NCBI GenBank assembly: GCA_053919585.1
Contig: CM132790.1
Strand: one strand, 5' to 3'
From: Euprymna scolopes
Lineage: Eukaryota
DNA length: 64,000 bases
Made by a program: the position numbers and the translations under genes. Positions within the stretch are counted from its first letter, which is position 1. Every line of letters starts with the position of its first letter. Below the pieces are notes generated by a model. The model was given only the letters and a program-made list of their open reading frames with translations, had not been told where the DNA came from and did no database searches. Shown here one piece after another: positions 27,411 to 36,661 of this stretch.

Positions 27411-27620
27411 ATACATATATATAAAAATAAATAGATAGATAGATAGATAGATAGATAGATTATATATAGAGATAGATAGATTATACATTGATAGATTATA
27501 CATAGATATATTATATATAGAGAGAGTGTATATATAAGCACCTTGCCTTTCCCCCTCGCTCATCCTTCTCTCTCTTTCTCTCTCTTTTCTCTCTCTTTCT
27601 CTCTTTCTCTTTAATATATA

Positions 27621-27810
27621 TTCAACAGTATTTCTCGCGATTAACGGTGGCCGAATTGATTGAATCCTTGCCAATGGAGTCAAAGATGTTTTCTGTGGCC
27701 GGGTTCGGATCTATCGACCGGAATTAATCGTAACACCCTGCACTGATGATTCCCAAAAAGATGAAACACTAGTTTCTGTAAGTATTTAATAATTATTATT
27801 GTAAATAATT
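27621..27810 (+). mobile_element. tRNA-headed SINE-like element with HHR motif, family A copy 1
   Basis: A box tggccgaattg (27648) and B box gggttcggatc (27701). HHR at 27738-27781: CTGCA-CTGATGA..GAAA-CACTAGTT-TC-TGTAA. Confidence 0.7.
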
Positions 27811-27960
27811 ATGTCAGCCCCTTTAAGAAACTCCTTTCTTGTTGTTGAGCACTTTCAATTGAAATAAAATCAGTCAATTTAACTCGTATGCGCAGATCAT
27901 TATATGATGATTAAATCACTCTGACAGACGTTAAAAATATTTAAAATTAAATGTTTAAAT

Positions 27961-28150
27961 TTCAACAGTATTTCACGCGGTTAACAGTGGAGGAATGAAT
28001 TGGATTCTTGCTAACGAAGTCAGAAATGGTTTGTGTTGCCGGGTTCGGAACTATCGACCGGTGTTAATCATGAAAGTCAGCACTGATGATTTCTGAAAGG
28101 ATGAAACACTGGTATCTGTGGGTATTTTATAATTATTCTAGTAAATAATG
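27961..28150 (+). mobile_element. tRNA-headed SINE-like element with HHR motif, family A copy 2
   Basis: Direct repeat of 27621-27810 at offset 340. HHR: GCA-CTGATGA-tTTCT gaa AGGAt-GAAA-CACTGGTA-TC-TGT. Confidence 0.7.
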
Positions 28151-28289
28151 TTCCCTATCTTAGGTCAAGCATATTGGGAAGTCATATACAAATTACCATT
28201 AGCGTATAAAGCGATGCTCTTTGAGTAAACAAATTGAGTTTAGGTATTTGGACAATGTCAAAACATTGTTAATTCACTGCCCGCATACA

Positions 28290-28477
28290 GCACCGTATAG
28301 CGCAACAGTAAGAAGCACAGACTGTCGTTTGGGCGATCGGGATTCGATTCTTGCTTGAGGTAGTTGCTGGTCTAGCTGCACTGATGAGCTGTGAAACAGC
28401 GAAATAGTACTGCTTGTGGATGACTTAGTATACATATATTCGAACCAAATGTATGATTATTATTCAAAGTCCTCTGC

Positions 28478-28480
<3 letters not shown>
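28290..28480 (+). mobile_element. tRNA(Asp-like)-headed SINE-like element with HHR, family B
   Basis: A box tagcgcaacag, anticodon-like ctgtc, B box ggattcgattc. HHR at 28376-28419: CTGCA-CTGATGA-GCTGT gaa ACAGC-GAAA-TAGTACTG-ct-TGTGG. Ends in (TA)n. Confidence 0.8.
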
Positions 28481-28550
<70 letters not shown>

Positions 28551-28968
28551 TTCAGAATAATTTTTATTTAACAATTAGTTGGTATGGAAGCCTGTTATTA
28601 TAAGATTTACAAAATATTACTGGCGGTAATATTCTATAAGTTATCCCATCTAAATGAGAATTGCTCGATATGCAATATAGAGCAAATAAATTAGTCAATA
28701 ATCAAGTCAATAGTTTCATCTATCAATCCATCTTAAATTAGTCAATAATCAAATCAATAGTTCCATCTATATCCAAAAGAATATCAAATCTATGATCTGA
28801 CAAAAAAAGCCTTTGACCAGATATCGACATTCTACAACAATGCTTTAAGAAATTCGGGATATAAAGAACGCATAAACTATAACAAAAAACACCCTTTAGC
28901 GAGAAAACTACATTCAGTAATTACCCATAATATGACAATAAAAACTAGCAACAACAAAACAAGCCAAA

Positions 28969-30024
28969 ATGTTCCTAACAAATTTCCCCACTAAGTACAC
29001 AGCCCCCTACACAATCCCAAACCAAAAACAATTTAATAAGAATAGAAAAGTAAGACGTAAAAAAGCTATTTGGTTCAATCCTCCTTTCAGCTCCAATGTA
29101 AAAACTAACATTCCGAAGGAATTCTTCAGAGTAGTGGAAAAATTCTTTAAATACCCTCATAAGTATAGTACCATATTAAAGAAAAACTCCATAAAAATGT
29201 CATACTCCACAATGCCTAATCTAGCACAGATAATAATTTCGACAAATAACAGGAAAATTAAACAAGCACTGGATATATCAATTGACTCAATACCTAGTAA
29301 CAAATGTAACTGCCAAAATAAAAATGAATGCCCTCTTCATAACGATTGCATACACAAAGACGTGGTATACGCCTGCACAGTCACGCAATTACCAAAACAT
29401 GCAAATAACCAATCAAATGAGGAAAACAATGAATATAGTCGAAACATTCAGAATGCAAGCATACATAGGGAAACATATGTTGAGGGCTCAAATAATAACA
29501 ACATAAACAATAACAGCCAGGCTAACGTACCCAATAATATAATTCCCAGTGAAGACCAGAATAGGATTATCCAGCACCCGAGCTATGAATCTCCAGGCCC
29601 CCTCTTAACCCAGCCCCCCAATATAAGACTCAATAGCAATGTGACTGATGAACAAATAAACAATAATAAAACAAGGAAAACATTCACGTATATAGGTGCA
29701 TCATCAAACTTAATAAAAATAAGAATCTCAAACCACCTACATTCCTTCAGAAATGAAAGATCTCAAAACAATGATAATAATAGTAAATCCTTTACTAAAT
29801 TAATCAATAACCTAGAGGACAAGAAAATGCCCTATTCAATTAAATGGAGCATACTGAATAAATCTAGATCATATGCCCCGGGGGACAAATTTTGCAATCT
29901 TTGTATTTACGAAGCAGTTAATATCATCACCTTCAACAAACCCATAATAAATACCAAGAATGAACTAGTGTCCAGATGTAAACACAAGAAAAAATTTAAA
30001 TGCAGCCATCTTAAAATAAAATAA
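28969..30024 (+). CDS. PLE (Naiad-like) ORF C-terminal part: linker, CxCx5Cx5C zinc finger and GIY-YIG endonuclease (truncated, probably a pseudogene)
   Basis: AIWFNPPFSSNVKTNI..FF, IKMSYSTMPNL, CNCQNKNECPLHNDC, VVY...YIG..KIRISNH..SF, IKWSIL, CNLCIYE, NTKNELVSRCKHKKKF. Confidence 0.9.
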   Translation: MFLTNFPTKYTAPYTIPNQKQFNKNRKVRRKKAIWFNPPFSSNVKTNIPKEFFRVVEKFFKYPHKYSTILKKNSIKMSYSTMPNLAQIIISTNNRKIKQALDISIDSIPSNKCNCQNKNECPLHNDCIHKDVVYACTVTQLPKHANNQSNEENNEYSRNIQNASIHRETYVEGSNNNNINNNSQANVPNNIIPSEDQNRIIQHPSYESPGPLLTQPPNIRLNSNVTDEQINNNKTRKTFTYIGASSNLIKIRISNHLHSFRNERSQNNDNNSKSFTKLINNLEDKKMPYSIKWSILNKSRSYAPGDKFCNLCIYEAVNIITFNKPIINTKNELVSRCKHKKKFKCSHLKIK

Positions 30025-30685
30025 CATACAATCTCTGTATAAATGTAAATTGGTAAAAACATAATACTAAATACACTTCAGTTTTGACTAACATTTTCTA
30101 AAGTTAGGTTCTTAATCACCTCTTCTAACCCATATAATAACTTTCTCTTATTGTTGATGTACATGTTAAGAAATGACTTACTATAAGCACATTAACGTAC
30201 TACACTTTAATTTCTTACACCTAATTTGCACTCTGAGATCTTGTTAGAATAGTATTTCCAAAAACATGTAGCTTCCCAATTAAAGAATTTATAATTTTGT
30301 CCCTATCTACTAACCAGAAAAGGAGTAAACATTCCCCATTGCAAAGTAATTTCCAGATCCGCACATATAAACAAGAAAGAATATGTGTCATCTCTGTTGG
30401 TACTAAAATAATTAAATTCTATAGCCATGGTTACACAACCCTACTCTTCTAATCTTCTTAAAGTTAATTAGCAATGTAGGGGCTAAAAATTGGTTTTCTT
30501 TTTTTATGATAATCGTAGTTATGTTACCTACACTGATTATCATTGTAATTAATAGTATGACTATTGGTATACTTTCTTTGTGTCTAAATATATACATTTG
30601 TATATATGAGTGTATATGTGGGTATATATGGGTGTGTATGTATGAATATATTGTGTAAGTGTGCACATTTGTGTGTATGTGTACG

Positions 30686-30727
<42 letters not shown>

Positions 30728-31868
30728 TGCATGTATGTGTACATGTGTATATATATATGTATTCATATGTTTATATATAAGTATGTGTGTGTGCATACAA
30801 GTGTAGAAACTATATTAAATAGTATAATGTTATGAATATTACTGATCTTTAGACACTTTTCAATAAGTTATTATTATTACTTTATTATTTTTGTTGTAAT
30901 TTATTTAACATTGAACTATTACCGTAAGGATTATAAAATAAAGATAAAACGTTCTATTAATACGCTTATCCTTGGTTTTACGATTCACTTATAAACATTA
31001 GTATATTCTAAACCTTTATTTCAATCCTCCCTTTTAAAGGAAACTATAAATGCGTATAAAATTAACAAGATTAGCACCTTATGAATAATATATATAATTT
31101 GAGTTGACTGAACAAATTTGATTTAAACTGAGAAAGAAATTTATTATGAAACTAGTATAGATTTTGAAAAAACGCATAATTCCATTTGCGTTTTGGCCTC
31201 TTCTTTTTATTTTTATTTTTATTCTTATATCTATGTTTCTGCTTGTTCCCCGTTCCTTCCCTGGCTCTGTCTCTATATCCAGTACACAACCTGACCTCAA
31301 TTAAACGACTGGTCAAACTTTTTTATGGGTCTTTGAACTTTATTTAAAGAGATATATATTCTGCTATGTATATATATATATATATATATATGTGTATGTG
31401 TGTGTTTGTGTGTGTGTTTGTGTGTGTCTGTGTTTGTGTGTATATATATAGATACATATGCACATGTATTCACCCCACTTCTTACTTTTCACCACTACTT
31501 CCTCTCTACAACTAACACCTCACCCCACTAATAATAATATAGACTTCTAATGATAAGGCTTCCACCAGACTTTGAATTATTTTCGCTGGGCCCACAAACA
31601 AATTTATACAAGAACTTGCCCGATTCGCATATCAAATCAGCTATGCAGATTACCTAATATGTAACTTGGATCTTATTACAGAACTGCTGTAAAGAACGTC
31701 CACCATGGATTTTACCACGCAATCTGGATCTACAATTTTCATATCCTTTCTTCAAATGCTCTTGCTACAGGATTTCTGATCAATTTATTATTTTTACTTT
31801 GACTTTCCATATCTCACTGACTTTAGCAAATAGGGTACATACCTTTATAAATATTTGCTAATATTTTC

Positions 31869-31916
31869 TCTCCTCTGATGAGATGGTAGACATCGAAACC
31901 CTATAGGTTAAGGAGA
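31869..31916 (+). ncRNA. Type I hammerhead ribozyme in the PLE 3' region (pLTR)
   Basis: TCTCCT-CTGATGA-GATG gtaga CATC-GAAA-CCCTATAGGT-TA-AGGAGA. Stem I is 6 bp, stem II 4 bp, and stem III is near-palindromic with one mismatch. Confidence 0.85.
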
Positions 31917-32025
31917 TTAATTTTCTAAAGTATCCTTTGTCTTGCTTAGAATAATAAAACTTCTTTGATATGAAACTCAACCATTTCATTTCAATAAGGG
32001 TTTTTTGAAATTCATTGAATCACAA

Positions 32026-32079
<54 letters not shown>

Positions 32080-32410
32080 GATACAGTCTTTCATGATAAA
32101 TAACTGATGATCCCGAAATAACATTTGGACTATTGAATTAATAAAAGCAAATTGATTTAATGATTGCAGGAAATGAATTGACGCATAGGAAAAATAATTT
32201 TCTAACGAGGAAGTAAAGAATTGTTATTTATTATTTTTATTTTTATATATTTTTGAAAGGTTAAAAGACTTCCATATATATATATATATATACTCACTAC
32301 CTTGCTCTCCTGTTTGAGTAAATATTGAAAATAGATGCGCTGAATTTTATGTAAATACATAAAATAATATATATATATATATATATTAAACAATAACGTT
32401 AACAGTGTCT

Positions 32411-32486
<76 letters not shown>

Positions 32487-32519
32487 CACTGTGTAACTTT
32501 TTAAATTTTATCAGTCTAT

Positions 32520-32900
32520 TCATGCTGAGTATGGGGCATCCTACATGATGCTAACCATTCATCTGCTTACTCAGATATTCTAAGCGAGAGTTTTTTTTCC
32601 AAGTCTCTTAATTCACCGGGTATATTTGCTACGTAGTTTATAAATTCTTTTTCATGGGTCCAGTCGCTTTTCTTATTACTGAAATGATAGAGATTCCCGT
32701 TTTTTTGTTTGTTTTTTTTTGTTTTTTTCATGTCATTCACAAGACTTTGATATTTCGTTATCTTTTCCCTCTCATTTCTATCAAGCCCAGCACAATTGGG
32801 GACAATTACTTTTACTAATGTTGCTTCCTTCTCCTTTTTGTCAGGTTTTATTGCTCCATTTTCTGATTTCACACAGGCTATCATCAAAAAATTATTTTTG
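32520..32900 (-). mobile_element. R4/Dong-type LINE RLE-domain remnant
   Basis: IKPD..KEKEATLVKVIVP....DRNEREKITKYQSLVNDMK resembles the RLE motif PD..D..P..EK..KY..L. Confidence 0.7.
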
Positions 32901-33016
32901 ATAGAAACTGTGATGGTCCATGAACCTGAATTGTTTACCTTTTATGCACATAATAATATTTAAGAATAAAAAAATAAAAATACGTCCCATAAGAAAATAA
33001 GGGACGACTTGTTCTC

Positions 33017-33078
<62 letters not shown>

Positions 33079-33149
33079 TAAAAATAAATCTTATACCTCT
33101 TAAAAAATGATAAGGTGTCGAAAAAAATAAATAATAAATAACAGCGTTT

Positions 33150-33415
33150 CACCCAAGCTGATTACCACTTCTTCAACTACCTTGAAAACCATGTTTGTGG
33201 GAAATCCTTCACCAAGCAAACAGACGTGCGCTAAGCACTCAAGGACTTGCGTACAACCCCCCCGAGTTCTACCGCAAGGATTTTGGACAGCAGGGGACAC
33301 GTTGGCAGAAGGTGCTGAATGCCAATGGCGCTTACTTCAAAGACTAAATATAGGAATTTACTGGAGGGTTTTGAACTTAAATAAATTCATTTTTTATATC
33401 TTTCTGTACTTTTAA
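33150..33415 (+). mobile_element. Mariner transposase C-terminal remnant
   Basis: ADYHFFNYLENHVCGKSF...PEFYRK...RWQKVLNANGAYFKD*. Confidence 0.85.
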
Positions 33416-33429
33416 CAGAATCTAAGACA

Positions 33430-33885
33430 TTGGATCATTTTCTTTAAAAAAAATGAAAAATTCAAATAATCTTTATTTGTGAAAAGTAATGCTTTTTAAA
33501 TGCTGCCCATTTTCAGCTTCGCATATTTGTGCCCTTTCCAAAACATTATTCTTTCCAGATTACAGAATCTCTGGATTGCGATTTAACTCCTTTATTTCAT
33601 TCCTGATGTTTTCCTTCAATTCTCCCAGGATTTAGGATTTGTTAACATAGATTATTTCTTTAAAATATCCCAACAAGAAAAAAAACTGGACTAGTCGGGT
33701 CTGGGGGAACGTGGTGGCAATTTGAGATTGCCATTTACACCTTGCGTACGTTGTTCAAAGCTGTACTTATCCATAATTAATTTCCATCATATTATCTGTA
33801 AAATATTTGAAATAGAGAAAAAAATAACTATTAATGGTAAAATGACAAAGATTTTCAACTCTTGACATTTGGACACTCTGTATAA
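33430..33885 (-). mobile_element. Tc1/mariner-superfamily remnant (PPRSPD..FFL.GY.K type)
   Basis: Minus strand, frameshifted: PPRSP, FFLLGYFKEIIYVNK..LGELKENIRNEI..VLERAQICEAENGQHL. TIR-like tacagagtgtcc at ~33870-33882. Confidence 0.75.
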
Positions 33886-34399
33886 GATGCACATTCTCTG
33901 AAGCGTTTTCTTTTTCTCTTTAAAAACGTGCAGCATATTTTGGTTACCTTGTATATATATAATATAAAATTGATAATACTTACAATGCATATACTAACTT
34001 ATTAAGTCAGAAAAGCTTTATGCGGATGAGTGGAGCAAATAATATAGGAAAAAAAAGGATGGCAGTTGAAAATTAAATAAGGCATTATTAAATCATCAAA
34101 TCAATAAGCAAAATCCCTCTTTAGGCCATTGAATGCCATAACCTAATACTTTTAACCAAAAGAGAAGAAAATAGCCAGGTTTATATATACAAAAACTGGT
34201 ATATGGACGTTAACTTCGAAATAAAATAAATACATATGTATAGAGTAAATAAAAGAAAAAGGAAAAACAAAATAGATGGGGAAATATCCAAAATTATAAG
34301 AAAGATATATAGCATACAAAAAATATGGGAAGATAAAAAGTATAAAATAATAATAAAAAAATATTAATGATGTGATACTGAAGAAATAAAGATGTCATA

Positions 34400-34503
34400 A
34401 AAATGTACGGGTTCGAGCCTGCCTTCGTACTACCACATTTTTTTTCCTTTTTTAGTTCAACAGACACATCCAAACACCCGGGCAACGCCGGGCTGAAATG
34501 CTA

Positions 34504-34504
<1 letters not shown>
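34400..34504 (+). mobile_element. Helitron 3' end carrying a tRNA T-arm fragment
   Basis: gggttcgagcctgcc..taccacatttttt, then cccgggcaacgccggg, then CTAG|T. Confidence 0.75.
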
Positions 34505-34569
<65 letters not shown>

Positions 34570-34696
34570 TTCATATTCAACATATTCATATTGCTCTGTC
34601 TAAACATATTCATATTGCTCTGTCTAAACATTGAGCACTCTTTGGTAAACACATTGTGCTTTTTTTGTTTTTGTTTAAATAACTAAACAATACTAC

Positions 34697-34739
<43 letters not shown>

Positions 34740-35527
34740 TTTAATCACATAAATTAATACAAGAAGATATCATTTTATGCGTAAATTGGCAGTATTTACT
34801 TCACGATGATGAAACGCGGAATACTCTGTGTAGCTTAATTGCCATATATATTTTAATAACTTACTATATATATATATATATACACTTGTCTACCCGTTGG
34901 CCCTTAGAGAGTAAGATGAAAAATATCCAAAATAAAAAGTGCTTTTGATATTATATTGTCTTTTATTCTCTTTAGAAAACATTTTTAAGTGATCAGTTAA
35001 AAAATTAAAATCAGACAGCTTCCAGAGCAGTACTGCAAGCACTAATTCAAATTCCCTACTAAAGGCACTGCTAAACCAATTTGCTACCTTCCCTCTCCTT
35101 GTAGAGAAATATTTTAAGTAAGGTCTGAAAAAATTAATCGTTAGAATCCACAGGAGCGCTACTAAAAGCAGTAAATNNNNNNNNNNNNNNNNNNNNNNNN
35201 NNNNNNNNNNNNNNNNNNNNNNNNNNNNNNNNNNNNNNNNNNNNNNNNNNNNNNNNNNNNNNNNNNNNNNNNNNNNNNNNNNNNNNNNNNNNNNNNNNNN
35301 NNNNNNNNNNNNNGTTTTTTTTACCCAATCGAGTAAAATTATATTTATTTGTAAGGAAAACACGTTAAAATAAATTAAAATGAAATAAATATTGTTGACG
35401 ATGTGTATGCTTTCAATAGCCACAGTGGCTTTTAATATCGGACTTGAAACAGGGCGGCCATGAAATAGGTAAGCAGATGAATTTTTTGATGGGTGGTTTA
35501 AACGCCCAAGAAAACAAGCTGGTCTGT

Positions 35528-35576
<49 letters not shown>

Positions 35577-35579
<3 letters not shown>

Positions 35580-35876
35580 CTCTAAAAATATATTTTCTTA
35601 TTATATATCAATCCTTATATGAGAAGCTCAATGAGATTACAGAAAACNNNNNNNNNNNNNNNNNNNNNNNNNNNNNNNNNNNNNNNNNNNNNNNNNNNNN
35701 NNNNNNNNNNNNNNNNNNNNNNNNNNNNNNNNNNNNNNNNNNNNNNNNNNNNNNNNNNNNNNNNNNNNNNNNNNNNNNNNNNNNNNNNNNNNNNNNNNNN
35801 NNNNNGTTTTCTGTAATCACATTGAGCTTCTCATATAAGGATTGATATATAATAAGAAAAAATATTTTTAGAGAAA
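35577..35876. repeat. 71-bp inverted repeats flanking an assembly gap, within (TA)n
   Basis: 35577-35647 is the reverse complement of 35806-35876 with about two mismatches. Confidence 0.85.
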
Positions 35877-35894
35877 TATATATATATATATACA

Positions 35895-35954
<60 letters not shown>

Positions 35955-35958
<4 letters not shown>

Positions 35959-36359
35959 TGTACCTGGTGTTGCCCGATATTAAACGTCACATTAAATTCC
36001 TTTTAAAAAATGAAGAAATCAGAAATATACTAAAACATGTTCATGCGAATATTGTTTTTTCTAAACGATTCACTTCTTGTAAGTAAAAGGAAAATACTCC
36101 GGCTGAGATCGAAACCAAAACCTATAGACAGTAAGTCAATTACGATAACCATTGAATAGACTTGTCAAGATCTTTAAAACGTGTTTTCAAACCTAGTAAA
36201 ACAATTGGCAAGCAGATAAAAAGCTGATGAGCCTCAAGTATCAATTTGAAGAATTTAAACGCCTTCGCAGCACTTTTTTCGGATTTCACATGTCCCTATA
36301 TACCAAATTTCACATCTATAGATCAAAAATTCGTTGCGTATATAGGTTGAGAAGTGTCC
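35955..36359 (-). mobile_element. Helitron remnant with an internal tRNA-like segment (~36098-36160)
   Basis: Degenerate hairpin cctggtgttgcccga; ctccggctgagatcgaaacc...ataaccattga is an antisense tRNA-like stretch; Lep1-like taccaaatttca motif. Confidence 0.55.
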
Positions 36360-36545
36360 NNNNNNNNNNNNNNNNNNNNNNNNNNNNNNNNNNNNNNNNN
36401 NNNNNNNNNNNNNNNNNNNNNNNNNNNNNNNNNNNNNNNNNNNNNNNNNNNNNNNNNNNNNNNNNNNNNNNNNNNNNNNNNNNNNNNNNNNNGCTTCTAC
36501 GTAAACACCCTTGTTACGGGAAACAGCTGTGATACAGTTAAATAT

Positions 36546-36661
36546 ATATACGGCATTACACATTGACACCGGTTTTCATCGAATAACCTAAGTTAAGCAA
36601 CAATGAGCCTGGTCAGTACAAGATGGGTAATCATTTAGAAACATTAAGCGCTGTATGCCTT
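36546..36661 (+). pseudogene. 5S rRNA pseudogene or 5S-derived SINE head
   Basis: tacggcattacacattgacaccggttttcatcgaataacctaagttaagcaac...gagcctggtcagtac..gatgggt...gcgctgtatgcctt is collinear with full-length invertebrate 5S. Confidence 0.85.

Larger units (their letters stand above)
28551..32030 (+). mobile_element. 5'-truncated Naiad-type Penelope-like retroelement bounded by (TA)n
   Basis: RT thumb remnant (SIVPSISKRISNL*SD, frameshift, FYNNALRNSGY), GIY-YIG ORF, long 3' region with an HHR at 31869-31916, and (TA)n at both ends. Confidence 0.8.

Noticed and set aside
28688-28770. 36-bp local duplication at the 5' truncation of the PLE
   Set aside because: Real but minor. It may be a truncation-junction by-product, and I cannot distinguish it from ordinary slippage.
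28792-28797. In-frame TGA in the Naiad RT-thumb region (SNL*SD) as possible selenocysteine, since some Naiads are reported to encode Sec
   Set aside because: The position corresponds to Ser (TCA>TGA), adjacent frameshifts show decay, the zinc-finger Cys codons are all TGY, and I could not identify a SECIS.
32100-32125. CTGATGA-tccc-GAAA
   Set aside because: No stems; consistent with chance.
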